The translations under genes and the position numbers were made by a program. This document shows, in pieces, positions 26,801 through 42,494 of a DNA stretch of 64,000 bases. Source of the DNA: Octopus sinensis (taxonomy: Eukaryota); the NCBI RefSeq assembly GCF_006345805.1, contig NC_043004.1:37138001-37202000 (forward strand), read 5' to 3'. Under the pieces are notes generated by a model. The model had not been told where the DNA came from and made no database searches. It saw nothing but the letters and a program-made list of their open reading frames with translations. Position 1 is the first letter of the stretch, and each line of letters begins with the position of its first letter.

Positions 26801-28014
26801 CTACATATTCACGAAGGGAAATTTTGGGCCATATAACTCTGCTTGCACTTATTCTAATGTTTTAAAATTACTTTTAACCACAATCATAATTTCTAACAAA
26901 GTAACAAAGAAACACAGTTCGGTGGGCTAGTATTCTATCGATTATACCGACCTTAACACTTAACTAGTAATTTTTATATCAAATTTGGGAGGATGAATGG
27001 CAAAATCGGCTTCGACGGAAGTTAGTATTTAGAACGTAAAGGTGTGTAATCGAACTTATTCGTCGTTCTAGGGATTCAGCCAATCATTTTTTTAATAGCG
27101 ACATAACCATTCATCTTAAAACGGTATCTTGAAATTGTCTCTCAGTTGATTAACGCATTAATTTTGTCGACCTTGGGAACATAAAAGATCAGCATCACAG
27201 CCAGTTCCTGGTTGCAAATTTCCAAGGACATCCTATTATGACAAACTTAAAAGACTGATGAACGTGATACAGGAAAGATTACTACACGATACGGAGGAGT
27301 AGTGGAAATGGTTTAGTCAAAATTGATCGATAATATAATAAGAATAGTTCTGGGAATAATTAGTAATATTGATACATTCTGTTGTAACATTTTATTCCTT
27401 TAATACATTTATGATATTGTTAAGTTCCTTTGCCTTCGCTCCGTCATTTATAAATTTGATAGTTTACTTTTCCACTACCGTTATATCTACTGACGTTACT
27501 GACCAGTTTTAGAGGATCAGTTGATCGATTTTCATAAAGTGAGCTTTTTACAAATTTCGTCACGTATCTTTTCTTGGATTAAAATAATCATTGTCAATAG
27601 GTGGCGAGACGTGTTATTGACAGTCTTCTATATATAGAAGCTTTGAGAAGAAGCAATTCTATTGAATTTGAAGAACTGTATGAAAATATCGGTTCGTGTT
27701 TGAAGAAGATTTATGGTTGAACTTAAAGAATTTTGCTGAGGAAGATATTAGAAATTATTTAAAGAAACAAAACATCTTACTCGTGTGTTGACTTAAGAAA
27801 TACCACACAAATAAGTTATTTAGTGATTTGCAAAAACTGAATCTCACCCAATAAAACATCCCACTAAACTGAGGAAATGCATTTGTTGACGATTGTTATA
27901 AACTTTTAGTTTAGAAAAGTTTCGCTTTTCTCATTGTATAAAAGGAAAAATAGATTCGAGCTTTCCAACCTTATTTTAAATAGAATTTGAAAATGCCATC
28001 TTTTTCACAATTAA

Positions 28015-28065
<51 letters not shown>

Positions 28066-30118
28066 GTGTGTGTGTGTGTGTTGTGTGTGTGTGTGTTGTG
28101 TGTGTGTGTGTGTGTGTGTGTGCAGCTAAGTTGAAAAACATAAAAACTTATTTATAAAACATAATTCATAATTGCATTCGGCAGTAATGCCATAAGGAGC
28201 TCAAATATTAGAAGTTAACAGCTTTGAAATTAATAAAAAAACAAAATCTGAATTAATCCCAATATCTATTAATAGGCCAAAGGTCTTGAATTTGTTGATT
28301 AGGACTTTTCTTAATGTCTAAATTTGCCCGTTGCTCTGTTGGAATATAGCCAACCCGTCGTTTCTATATAGACTACAGATTATTTCACTGTATTTCTTGT
28401 TCAGTACACCTAGGATCTATGCACCCACAAGACTGCATATATCTATGCAGTCGAAGGCTCTCATATTTGCATCTAAAGGACTAGCGTGGCCTTTTTGGGC
28501 CCAGGCAAATTCTTGCCGAGAAAACAGGAGGAAATAACTCCGAAAAGAGTATATTATTCTGCAACAGTTCTTGATACTCTTGATCGGTCAAAGAAACTTC
28601 GAGATTTAAAAAAACGTCTAAAACTCAGAAAGATGAAATTCGAAAAGCAGAATTTGTAAATGCCATATAAGGAAATGTGTTTGTTGACATATGAAGTAAC
28701 TGCGGGGACAGAATAAATTAATTCTAACTCAAAAAATAGGAAAAATATAAAAGATATATAAAACTGAATTTTGTAATAAATAGGTGGTAAAATATAATTT
28801 TTTATGTCGTTATTTGAAACTATACTAAAAAGACATTGTTATGTTCGTGAAACGTAACAGAAATCTTTTTTTTTAATTTTAAAACATCAAATTCAAATTG
28901 AAAAAGTGACCCCTAACATCACTACAAATGGAAATGAAGCATAACTGGAACATAAAATATTGAAATATAAAGTTATCTAATTTTCCAAGGCTATACGGGT
29001 AGAATTCGTTAAGGCCAGTTCATTGAGGTAGAGTGCTAGATGTACATACACTTGAATATCATAATGTTTAAATGTTGCAGATGTAAGTACCGAAAGATTG
29101 TGCAAAAAAGGTTAAACTGAAATGAAAATAATGCAAAGCTGGGAAATAGCATCAAGCATTGGTTATAGAAAAGTTAAGAAGCTAAAAACTGACCCACACC
29201 CGCCAAAGGGCGAAATTTCTATGTTTGTCATGATTATATACTGCTCGCTTCCCCTGCGTCTTCGCCAAATAATTGTTTAAGTTGAAAAAATATTATTTTA
29301 CAATTTGTGAAAAGAGAATCTTATCCGAGAGTTAGAGAAATATATAAAAAATATTCAGTGTGTTCTTTTTTACCTGCTAGGATAGCGCAAAGATTTACAA
29401 TGTTTTAAAGACTTAAATGTACATAATCCGTTATATTTCAATGATACATCCTCGTATAGTAAATAATTGTTATTTGAATCTTTTAAATATTGTTCAAGAA
29501 GAATATGATACTTGAATCCAATAGAATTAAACCAGAAACTAGTGTAATTCTCGTTTTGGTTCCCTTCACGTAAGTATAGAGAATACTTGGCAAAAGTTTG
29601 TGTTTGAGAAAGACAGATATCGTTTGGTTTTCCTGTATAGCTCATTTGAGAAATGTACATAGTTTCTTCCTAACAAAAGGCTTGGGTTGCTCTGAAGCTA
29701 TAATAGAATATATTTGCCTAAGCTTCCTCATTCTGACATCGGATTCGAAATCTCCTGAATGTGAAATGAACTACTGTAAATCAGCCAGTCGTATTTGCAT
29801 CCAAATCTACTTCACTGCAAGGCCGAGAAATGCGTACAATTGGCAGAACACATAACAAACAGTTGTAGCATTGAACTATGCAGATTTCTCAGCAAAATAA
29901 AAGTTACACAAGAGTTATATGAATTACCATATAAACCTCCTATTAGCTTGTGGAAGTGAAAAGCATTGAAATTTCCAATGAAAGTAAAAAGAAAAATGCA
30001 AACGCAATAATGGCTGGATATGTATGATAGAACAAAAGTAATAACACATAGTCATTGAATGAAATTTCCATCATAGATCTTTAAAATGATTGAGAGCCTG
30101 AAAAATGTCAAACTAGCA

Positions 30119-30156
<38 letters not shown>

Positions 30157-31832
30157 CTGATAACCTCATGCGTACACATCGTATTGATTTCAGTTCAATA
30201 TTAACGATACTACTGAAACATTTGAATGAGTTACGACGTTATTTGTGGATTTAGTGTCGTTTAGAGCTAAAGTTACAATGTGCAAATCGAGCTTGTGATT
30301 CAAGTATGCAGATATGTCGACGAGCGACGATTGAACCTATTGGAATTTTGTATGGACAGAGACAGGAAGATGAGGTCCGGAAGACTTTAATTATCATACG
30401 CTATTATTTATGGCAAAGTTGGTCAGATTCGGTAGGAATAACGAAGAGAAACCAGTCATAAATTCAGCAATTATTTAAATTATTCCTATTACATAATTCA
30501 TTTGGTAAATAAATCGCACAAAAAACTGTCATGTTGGCTTCAGCTTTAGGCTTGCAAAGAGCCGTTTCTCTATCTTCTATATCTCCATCGAAGATATATT
30601 ATTCATTTATTCTTCTAATACTTTTGGTAAAATATTAATATTACATTATTCCAGACATGTTTCTCTTTCCATGTCAGCAATATGTAAGCAATAATACTTA
30701 ACACATTCACTGACCTGGTTTTCTCTATATATTTGTTCCCCAATTTAACTACTTTCCCCTCTACTTTTATTACAAAATTCTTTTCATTTATCCAACATCT
30801 GCAGAATAATTAATTGTTAATGAATTGATAACTCTCGCCGATTCTCTAATTACATTCTTAATACATCTATTTCCAGTTTAGGGGTATAAGGAATTCTGTT
30901 TCAGTTACGTATCTTATTCTGTACAGTGCTTTACTATAAAACGTTTCTGTAACGAGATGAGTGGCTAGTGAGTATGTACTCTATTTGTGATATGCCTATA
31001 GCCATCGAATATGTTATCTTGATACTTTTTTTCTCATTGGAATTATTTCACTCCACATTCGTTGCTATAGAAACACTGTAGGTGTTTTTAATTCCGTTTT
31101 ATATTATCTGAAAAAGACTTCGCTATCTACGTATTCCCTCGCCCGCTACAGATGTATCGCAGTATCTAAATTTGTGTTGAAATATATAGATATGATATAT
31201 GCTAGTTGATGCATGACTCTTTCCGAACCGATTTAAATTTTTAAGGAGTAAATCAGCCTTAATTTACAGAAAAAAATAGCATACTTTTTTTATGAATTAA
31301 ATTTTTTTCTGGTTAGTTTTGAAAGGCACCGCATTTTTCAGAAGCTGTCTTTATATTCTGGTAGATGATATTTTTGATTTTCTCCAATCATGTCTTTGGG
31401 ATTAATTGCAACTTGGAATACGTATCAAAATAATGAAAGGCCTGTGGAGTTGTAATACCAAATATTGGCGCAATAGAAAATTGTAAGATCTACTTTGTGT
31501 TGACTAAAATAACATCTACCTGTGGATAAAAAAGTTTTCTTCGCTCTGCAATAAAAAAATGTAATATATTCCTTGAGCAATTATTTCCTCAACTATTCGT
31601 TACAATATTCTGACAGACTTTCGTTCGGAAAACAATATCACTTTAGGAATTAAATAATATAAACTACTTTTTTTTCCTTTTGTGAAATTTTCCCCAATAT
31701 GTCAACGAGATATTTCGCTTGCTTTTTATTGATTTTATTGATATCAAAAATGTTTTATAGCGAACGTAAAAACAATATCAGTGTGTGTGTGTGTGTGTGT
31801 GTGTGAGTGTGTGTGTGTATGTGAGTGAGTGA

Positions 31833-31873
<41 letters not shown>

Positions 31874-31882
31874 AGTGAATGA

Positions 31883-31987
<105 letters not shown>

Positions 31988-33124
31988 ATTTTAGGTGACT
32001 CACGCTTTTAATTTTGACTTGCAGTACAGGGACTGATTCAGCTTCGCTAGGATCAATAGTGTTCAAGCTTCGACCGTTTCAGTTGTTATTTTCAAGCAAA
32101 ATATATCTAGTATTACATTTCCTTCTTTGATTAAGACAGTAAACTGAGATCTGAAGGAGGTGTGACTACTCTTTCTAGTAGGTTCAAGCGACCGTGTTCA
32201 TATTTTCTCGTTGAGTTCTTGCTTTTTCTATGCAGCCGATGTATTTCACAAATATTGAGCATATTTTCAACTTATTTCAGTATTTACTCTTCTAACTAAG
32301 CCCTTTTTAAAAAATCATTAATTTTAAAAGATTATTAATTTTCTTTTTCAAGACAAAATTTTAAATCGTAAACATTAACAGTGAATTATACACGAAACAG
32401 TTTACAATTACAAATATTTGAATTAATAAAGAAACTTCGATATTACTGACGTTGCGAATATATTTCATATTGCATGTTTATTTTTTATTTATAATTTCGT
32501 TTGAGAAGCTATATTGTTTTAACTCTTTTTATAATATCTATATCCATTTCTATGATAATAACATAGATACCTTAACATTGAAAAACTCAACTTTACAAAG
32601 CAGACGTATTTTTATAAACGAGGCACCATTATGTTGACATAGGAAGATTGAGTTAACGTTCTTTGCTTATTACTAAAACGTGTTTGAAACTATGTAAATC
32701 TGTAGAAAGTGTATTTATTGATTGAGAGAAAACATGAATGCATGAGCAAAATTAGAGAATCGATTAAGTATTATCATCATAAACATTTTCCTTATCTCTA
32801 AAACAAGAAGAAATTTTTTTGAAAAATCGAACTATATCTTTGAAGCAATCAGTTTTCTTGCAGGTTCCACTGTTATAGAAAGTGTCAGCTTGTACACATG
32901 AACTGAAGAAATAGTTAACGAAACAACAACAATAACAACAACAACAACAACAAAGAGAGGATGTGTTGTTCCTCTTGGAAGAAGCCATTTACTAACTGTA
33001 GATTATTGATTATCAGCTAAACACAGTTAAACCGTTGAAAAATCAACAGATATCGGTGAAGTTTCTTAAAATTCTCATTATTTATACAAAATGTAACACA
33101 CTCACACAGACATACACACACACA

Positions 33125-33163
<39 letters not shown>

Positions 33164-33329
33164 TATACACAAACACTTTCATACACACACATAATACACA
33201 CAAATAAATTTCCTTGTTTATGTTATGAAATATATTACATTACACACACACATGCACACATATACACACATACATATATATATGTTTATATATATACTCA
33301 AAATAAGCAACAAGAATATACAATTTATG

Positions 33330-33389
<60 letters not shown>

Positions 33390-35276
33390 CACATAGATGT
33401 GTATGTGTGTGCTTGGGATGGGGGTGTAAGGAAGATTTCTTCCTCCGGACTGTTTATATTGTTCATGGGGGAGTCCGTATAACAGATTGATAAATTTACA
33501 TTAAAAAACAACATATATTTTTTGAACTTTTTGCCAAAGCTTTAAATTGTTGCCCACCACGAGCAACACGACAACAAATGAACTTCTGAAATCCCCCCAC
33601 ACACACACAAACTCAGTTATGGACTAATTGTTGCTGATAGGAACCTTTACTATTTTTCCCACATTGTCGATCTTACTCTGATTATAATAAATCAATATCA
33701 TTTTGATATATCGATAATGATATCATCAGTGTCTATAATGCATTTATAACATTATATCACTTCGAGCGCCTTAATGAATTCTAAACAATATGGTGTTTCT
33801 AAACTTACACTAAAACAACTTCAGACTTAGGGGACACTTGTGGGTCTATCATTTCCTCACAATTCGTCCAGTTAAAAAAGAAATTGAAATAACAAGCATC
33901 ATTTGGGTGTAGAAATCGGGATTCGCGGGACAATCAGGAGTAAAATGCTGAACTTTTTCAGCACCTGTAACCTTAATTTTTTGAGGTATCTAGATGCAAT
34001 GCGACTGATACGAGTTAAATTTCAAACATAGAATCATTCTGTTAATTCCATTGCAATAGTGATTTGTAACCTCACGTCAAAGAAGTGTAGAGACTATGAC
34101 TCTGAGTTTGATGCTGGCTTACAGATAAAAATAGAATAACATTCGATTTTCGCAATGAGAAGGAACTGTACGAAATAAGTACGTACATTTTGTCCTGTAT
34201 CACACATGCATAGGACATCCTTACTTTGTAAATTCGAAAAGGATGGTCGGTTATATATGAACGGCCATACACAAATACACAACAACATAGGCCAATAGAT
34301 ATTTTATGATTTATAATTGAATAGAACATCTATTAAACAACTTAAGAAGTTTAATCTGAGTATATATTAAACATACATTAGGAACTGTTCAAGAAATATT
34401 TAGTCATAGAAATTCTGTAAAGTAATTCCAAGTAATGCTATTCCTAATACATTCCAATATTCTTCTGGTCCTTTTGAGGTTTGAATATAGCTAACTTTTG
34501 GTTGATAAGCGTTAATAAAAAGAAAAACTTGATCTACGAAGAGATATTTCAGCGATTGTACTTTATCAAAATATTTGCTGAAACAAACATAAACTGATAA
34601 TTCATCCATAATTCTTGTTTCCTTGGTTTGTGCTTTCTGGAATTGCAAGAATCTAAAAGCAATGTTATACAGCGTTTTATGTCCTGTCCACCTCACTCTC
34701 ATAAAAAGGACTTGCTCCTAAACGAGAAACCAAAGGGCCGATAATCTCTCTCATGGCCTCTGCACCATAAAGATAAACATGAAATCCTCACGTAAGCAAT
34801 AATCTACCACTAATCTACAGCTCTGCGTCAGCTTCCCCTTGGTAATGGTGATACCGGTTTCATTCTGCAGTTCCGCCCACGTAAATCGGAATAGAATGAG
34901 AGATTCTAAAAAATGCCATTCGTTTCAATAAAAGGAATAAAATAATTAGAAAGAATTTAATTCATAGATAATCATACAGTCATTTTCTTTAAAATAACAT
35001 TAAAATCACCCCTCCATGAAACGTTTTATAGATACCAACAGACACTTATCTTACAGAGAATCATCAATAATAAGCAACAGAGAACTACGGATACACTTTT
35101 CACTTGATAGTTCTACCGAGTGCTGCTGCTAGAAACGATCTCGATAGACATAGACAGTTTACGTGAGAAAATGGCGACTGCCATATCATTTTTAACACAT
35201 AGCTTCTCCTTACCTCGTTCAAGAGTATTTCACTTGCTGATGTGTGTGTTATGTGTGTGTTAGCATATGTGCGAGT

Positions 35277-35339
<63 letters not shown>

Positions 35340-35405
35340 CATACATATATACATATATATATGTATGTATATATATATATATATATACATACATATATAC
35401 ATATA

Positions 35406-35462
<57 letters not shown>

Positions 35463-35589
35463 AGGTGAGAAAGTTGGTGTGTGAAAGCACGTGGTTGGGT
35501 ATATAGAAAATAGAAAAGACATAACGACTTAAATATATTTTTTAACCTTATAAAACAAGCCTTCTGTAGTTTTTTCACTCTTTTCTATA

Positions 35590-35654
<65 letters not shown>

Positions 35655-35707
35655 ACATTTGTGTACATATATTACATAATATAGCATATAGATAAAGGGA
35701 TAGATAT

Positions 35708-35780
<73 letters not shown>

Positions 35781-36141
35781 CGGATAGATATATAATATGC
35801 TCTGTGTGTGCAACTACATAGTTATATAATAATACGATACGGGTTCAATTAAAATTGCATGGCAAATAACTAGTATTTAGAACTCCATAAGCATTCTTAT
35901 ATTGCTATAAAGAAAACCGAGAAGAGACTCGCCTTACAGCCAGAGATTTCCTTGACTGGCTTCCATAGTTAAAAAGGTCACAGAGTACAACAAAAAAAAA
36001 AGCAAAACAAAAACAGTAGAGGAGTCTCTTTATTAATTATCTATTATTTAGTTTCTTCATCAATTATTTGGTTGCGTCAATTGAATAATTTATGATCAAA
36101 GTCTCCAGTTTCGTTTTGCATTTTACACACACACACACACA

Positions 36142-36219
<78 letters not shown>

Positions 36220-37923
36220 CAAATACATATATACATATACGAATACATATATACACACATTATTTTTCACATATACATACATATTCACAAACACAGGTGC
36301 ACACGTCCATAAATACATGCACATATGCACAGAGACACGTACATACACGCATACACATTTTTCTGCATGCATACATACGAAAAATGGGATTGCCACAGTG
36401 GCTTTCATCGATGAAGTGCTCGATCATGGTTGGCCTTGGGTCAACAACAACAACAACAATAGTGGCGACGATGAAGACAACAACAACATCAGCAACCGTA
36501 GGCGTACATCAAAGTTGTCGAACAACTACATGGAAAGTTTTTTGTTTTTTTTAAACAGGTCACCGTTTCTTTTTCATTCGTCTTGGCCGCGATTCTATCA
36601 ATATTGTTTTACCCTGAGCAATCGATCATCTATCTCTGCGCCATTGATCAGATCAAGCAGAGCTCAGCAGCTGTTTTAGACCATTATGAAATCGTTGAAT
36701 AATATATCAAATCTCTGACACAGTTCCACTACCAGAAATGAACATATAAAAGTATAAACTATGTATTCCCAACGTAAACTGTTATTTGGACAAATGATAT
36801 AGAAAAGCAAATCATTATGGCGTAAAGTTAATACAGCGGTTGTGCTGTTGTTGTTGTTTTACTGCTACAAAGGTTCAAATCACAGATTTGGCTACTTATT
36901 TCGTTGAACCACGAAGATGGAAAGACAAAGTTCAAATCTCTAGAGTTTATTTCAAATATTGTATTTTATTAAGAAACAAAATAGTCAAACCTAACGAAAT
37001 CTCCCATCTCGGAAAGTCTGAGGACCCAGTAATTGCAGCTTTTTATATGTTCTTGAGAATACAACCCTTAAACAATACCCCACTAATGACAAACACCGCT
37101 CCCAATTGTCAATTAAATTCAATTAGCATTAAGATCTTAGGCTTTGAAATGCCAAAGATTTTTTCCCCTTTGTACGAAGCTGCTGTGATCTTATTTATTC
37201 AACAACATTTATCGACTTTATGGGGTAAAAAAAAAAGACTAGATCGATTGATCCATTACCGTTTTAAAAGTGAGTGGTATGCAGCAGCAGCAGCACTTGG
37301 CAGTTTCCTTCAATATGAAGTCTGATAAATGATATTGCTTTTTTTGTTTTTGTCTGTTTTTTGTTTTTTTAAGAGAGAAACTAAAACTCGGATAATTTGC
37401 CAAAAAGCTTTCTCTAATCAGTTCTGTTTTAGAAGGCATTTTATTATAATGTTATAAATAATAATGCATTTTATTATGATTATTATATTGTATTATATTA
37501 ATTGTAATTATGTTATATTATAATTTTTTATAATGATGGGCAATAGATTTCGTGAAGTTTAAAAGGTTTCTTAGATAAATAATTAAAAATTATGTGAAAT
37601 TAGATAATTATGATATTTATGAAATATCTCAAGCTGTGTAAAAACTGAAAAATGGGAAATAATTTCTGAAGAGTTGATATCTGACAATCAACATGTTCAG
37701 GGATTTAACGGGGATTAAAGGAAGTGACATATACATAACTGGAAAAAGTTTGATAAGCAATAAAAGGAGGGTCGGTGTTTGAAGTTATTTCTAAATACTG
37801 GTGTATAATTTATGAGAAGAGTCAGCATATGATTAGTTGGTGTGACATACATTCATATTGTATGACTTGCCGTTGTATATTAGTGAATAGTTTTTGATTA
37901 GATGATATACATACATTTCTAAA

Positions 37924-37956
<33 letters not shown>

Positions 37957-37988
37957 GTATGTATGTGTGTGGGGGGTGAGGTGTGTGT

Positions 37989-38026
<38 letters not shown>

Positions 38027-38054
38027 TGTGAGCGAATGTTTGAGTATGTATGTA

Positions 38055-38885
38055 CCGGGTTGAGTCAAATCATTTTTCGGGTCTTCACTGATGGTTTTTG
38101 GCAACTTGTATCTCCTTGTGACCTCATTAATTTGATGTAACTTATTCAATCGTTACTGAATTGTTTATTCTTTCTTTTATTGCTTTGATAATAAGTTGTA
38201 AAAAAATTTCAATGATAGCCTGAGAAAAAAAAGGAGTGTCTAATGTCAGCGACAAAAGAAATTCATGGTACGGAAGATCCAGGAACTGTGGACAAACGTA
38301 TAGTACAAAACTGGCTCAGACGTTTCAAGGAAGGTGGCACTAGCCCCGAAGACAGACAAAACTCAAGATCTTCTGTTGTGGAAGATAAAGCCTTGCTTGA
38401 AATGATTGAACAGCCAAACGCAAGCACTCGTACATTGTCAGCAGAACTTGGGCCTTCACAAAGCACCATCAATCGACTCCTCCATAAACTCGGCCTTGAG
38501 TGTTTGGTGAAATTTCGATGGGATGTTGCACACAAAACCGATGTGACTCAGGACAATTTTAGGAACTTTAGGGGCTGGATGTGCTGCCTCACCCTACCTA
38601 CAGTCCAGACCTTGTACCATCGGATTACCACCTTTCCCAAGCCATGACTCATTTCCTGCACAGACAGAGGTTTGACACTATGGATGTGTTTGAAAACTGG
38701 CGCAGAGTTTTTTGCCTCTAAACCAGCCAAATGATATAAGAGTGAAATTTTTTTTCAATTAGATTGCCGTAGTAAAAAATATTGCGGTGAATATAATCAA
38801 ACATCAACTCTTTGGGAGAAAAAGAAGTTAAATATAAACAAGCAACAACTGGAGAATGTTTTACTAATTATGACACCACCTAGAT
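38055..38885 (+). mobile_element. Internally deleted mariner-like element
   Basis: HTH region (IVQNWLRRFKEGGTSPEDR...STRTLSAELGPSQSTINRLLHKLG) fused to C-terminal LDVLPHPTYSPDLVPSDYHL; catalytic middle missing; termini degenerate. Confidence 0.8.
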
Positions 38886-38977
38886 ATAATACATACACAC
38901 ACATATACATACACATACGCGCGCGCACACTTACACACATATACTCGCACAACACATACACACAAATATATATATAT

Positions 38978-39064
<87 letters not shown>

Positions 39065-39299
39065 TAGATATATCGAAGATCCCTTGTTTCGAACATTTGT
39101 GAAGGGGTGGTCCTTTTTCCGTTCGATATTTGTAGTGTTTGTTCCTTATTTTTATTTTTGTCTTTCGTTATTGATTTCATTAAGGTTTTAAAGATCTTTT
39201 ATTTTAATTTCGATTATTTTATTTCATCAAACCTGATCGTAAGCTTATAGTGATGTAGTGTTTACAGTAATGTTGGAAATTCAGCTGACTTCCCTCGGG

Positions 39300-40365
39300 G
39301 GTTCAGCAGCTGTTGTTTCGGGCGCTATCAGTATTGACTTTGCATATCTATACTGGCACCGTCTGTGTCTCTGTTTTACCAGAAGATTTCAATCTTAATT
39401 CACGGCGGTTCTCATCAGCTTATTTTACTTGTCTTGTTTAAACTACCAATACTTTTTTTTAAAGTGCTTATATTCATTATTTCCAATACTCTTGACTGTA
39501 GCGATTCCTTCGCCTTCATTACTTCTCAAAAGAATTCTTCTTACTGCTGGTACCATATCGAATTCTATTTTATTTTTACCAAGTTCTAGGTAGAATAATT
39601 CCGGGCTGGGGTCGAAACTGTTTTGTGCGAAGAATCGTTACCGATCTTCATACTGAAGACACAGCAACGACGATCACTTGATTCATACGTCCATTGATTT
39701 TAGATATCCTGTTTCTGCTCCGTTATGTTTCTCTACTATTTGTCTCTCTATGTAGTTCAGTTGTGTCGTATCGTTATTGATTTTATTAACGATTAATAGA
39801 TTTTTCGCTATTTTAATATGTATGATTTCCATGTTTGCTTAGGTTTTGATATTCCTGTTGTATGAGTAGATGTGACAGAGTACTCATTTCCCTTTCTAAC
39901 ATACTCTGACTGAAGTAAATATAGTTTATCTGATCATATTGATGCCATTAAATTGGTGAAATACAAGTCGGTAGATTCTATTTTTGTTGCTATTTCATCG
40001 TTGACTTCGATCCCATCAAGTAACTCCCGTTGGTCCATTGGACGATTCATTGTTTTTAATTCCTTAGTTATTCCCAACATTAATTTGTCATATGAGTAAA
40101 ATTTTCTCTTCTTAAATTTCCTTCGTATTTCTATTATTTCTATTTTATTTGTATTTTTGTTTGTGTTGTCCAGGTTCTACTTCTCTCTGCTCAGTATTTC
40201 GTAAGTGTTTTAGCATTTGATTTTCTTGTATTTCGTTATTTTAGGTCTAGCTTCGTAGTTTGAATTCTCAATATTTAATTTGAATCTTCTTTGAATATCT
40301 CCCTGCGTGTTTTCGCTTTTCTTAATAATTAATTTGCGCATATTCGTTCAATTACCCACACTCAC
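39300..40365 (-). pseudogene. R4/Dong-like non-LTR retrotransposon fragment B (pre-RT region)
   Basis: Manual translation EARPKITK...RFFAQNSFDPSPELFYLELGKNKIEFD; many stops. Confidence 0.55.
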
Positions 40366-40369
40366 ATTG

Positions 40370-41330
40370 CTTTCTTCAAAAAGTTGTTTACCTTCTCGTT
40401 GACTCCGAACGTCCTAAGGCAATCCAAAAGCCACCAGTGTAGAATATTATCGTAAGCCTTCCTGTAATCTATCCACCAATAGCCAAATTCATCTTTTTTG
40501 CTCATACCTCATTTGATATCCTACTGTCTATGTACAGCAGATTAGAAGTTCCTCTTGACTTCTTTCTGCATCCTTTTTGCTACTCTGGTAATAAATTCTC
40601 TTTCTACAGAAATTTATAAATTTCAAATCCCATGAGGCCAGTTAGTTATTTCAAGGGTAATGTTAAGAATGTAATATGTCTAAAATTACTGACTTACTTT
40701 CTATTTTTGTCGTCCTTTTGTACTGTCTTTCTTTTTATCACCTATGTAGATATACCATTTTCTGTACATTCTGTACGAACTAGTTGTATATAACTGTGAG
40801 TACATGTGAGGTTTTTGAGCCAGCTGGTACAGTTTGATAATGTTTGGTCGGTAGAATGTTAGCTTCTTGTACCAATATCCAACAATCAAGTCTCTTCCAG
40901 GTGCTTTTCCATCCTGGAATTTCTGGATAACAGTTGCAAGAGTTTCACCATCAATGTTGTATGTCTTGGATGTAACGCAGGAGCAACAACTTTTTCTGAT
41001 TTTCTTCCAACCACAGAGCAACTTGGTTAAATTCCTTCTCTTCACTCCAGATTTCCCTCCAGATGGAGTCTATGTCTTCTCGTGAATGAGCTTCTGTGAT
41101 GTTTACTCCCCCTCCTCTCATGTCTCTGTGTACTGCTGCCTGATTGCGGTTAATTTTTTTGTTTATTGTTCTTCTCTCGGTAATTCTCTTCTGATGTCGG
41201 GTCCTTCGCTGACAGCTTTTAGCTCCTACTTTAGGCTAATCAGTTTACAAGTGAGTGTCCCCTTGTTAGCATGCAATAAGCATCATTACATGACTGATAG
41301 TCTTCCGTAAACCACTTATCTTTTTTTCTG
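40370..41330 (-). pseudogene. R4/Dong-like non-LTR retrotransposon fragment A (RT domains 0-3)
   Basis: IWREIWSEEKEFN, KAPGRDLIVGYWYKKL, QKGCRKKSRGT, IDYRKAYDNILHWWLLDCL. Confidence 0.75.
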
Positions 41331-41598
41331 TCTCCAAAACCCATGATTGTACTTTCTTTCGGTTTTGTTTACTTTTTAAATATCATTCATATACTGTTTT
41401 ACAGTAGTTGCCAGCACATATAGATAGGCGTCAATCTGCCAATATGTGGATTCATCACATTGCTGTAAATACTCATCTCCAACTTCGTTAACAGCTTTTA
41501 ATACCGTACCTGGTGCTTTTTACTTATTTTAGTAAAGAATTCTCTTTTCTCAAGAGAGTCCTTGAAAGCCGAAGTTATTTTTTTTCTCGGAAAATTTC

Positions 41599-42010
41599 AG
41601 GCGCAGGAGTGACTGTGTGGTAAGTAGCTTACTAACCAACCACATGGTTCCGGGTTCAGTCCCACTGCGCGGCATCTTGGGCAAGTGTCTTCTGCTATAG
41701 CCCCGGGCCGACCAAAGCCTTGTGAGTGGATTTGGTAGACGAAACTGAAAGAAGCCTGTCGTATATATGTATATATTTATATATATGTAGGTGTGTGTGT
41801 GTGTTTGTGTGTCTGTGTTTGTCCCCCTAGCATTGCTTGACAGCCGATGCTGGTGTGTTTACGTCCCCGTCACTTAGCGGTTCGGCAAAAGAGACCGATA
41901 GAATAAGTACTGGGCTTACAAAGAATAAGTCCCGGGGTCGATTTGCTCGACTAAAGGCGGTGCTCCAGCATGGCCGCAGTCAAATGACTGAAACAAGTAA
42001 AAAGAGAAAA
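41599..42010 (+). mobile_element. Full-length tRNA/CORE-type SINE
   Basis: A/B boxes, CORE motif, internal (AT)(GT) tract, GGCGGTGCTCCAGCATGGCCGCAG tail. Confidence 0.95.
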
Positions 42011-42048
42011 AAGAGTAAGGGCATATTTCACCGACATATGATCCTAAC

Positions 42049-42061
42049 TACCACCACCACA

Positions 42062-42101
<40 letters not shown>

Positions 42102-42153
42102 TTACTACTACAACTACTACTGCTGCTGCTGCTGCTGCTACTACTACTACTAC
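42049..42153. repeat. Compound trinucleotide repeat (CCA/ACT/GCT)
   Basis: Visible tandem triplets. Confidence 0.9.
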
Positions 42154-42494
42154 AATTATCGTTGCGGTTGTGCCTGTTATTTACCATAGTCGTAGTAGGG
42201 GGACAGTTACTTGAGCCAGTAATGTAGTTTGGCTGGCAGGCACTATGGAATCTGTTGGAATGTCGCTAGCTGCGAAACCACGTTGTGGTCTTATATCATT
42301 CACGTTTTCGTTTTTGTTTATAGAGTCGGGAAGAAGGTTAATTTTCGAATTTTTAATAGAGTTGCAGTTACTAACCTTTTTATGTTCTACAAATGTTGCT
42401 TGTTGGCGTAGTTGCTTCGCAGTAAAAGGATTTAATTCTGGATGTAGATCATCCTAATATTCATTTCAATTGATTCATACCTCACCAACAACAA

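Noticed and set aside
36092-36679. 195-aa ORF with poly-Asn and a candidate acceptor at ~36558
   Set aside because: Mostly microsatellite, no recognisable domain and no downstream donor
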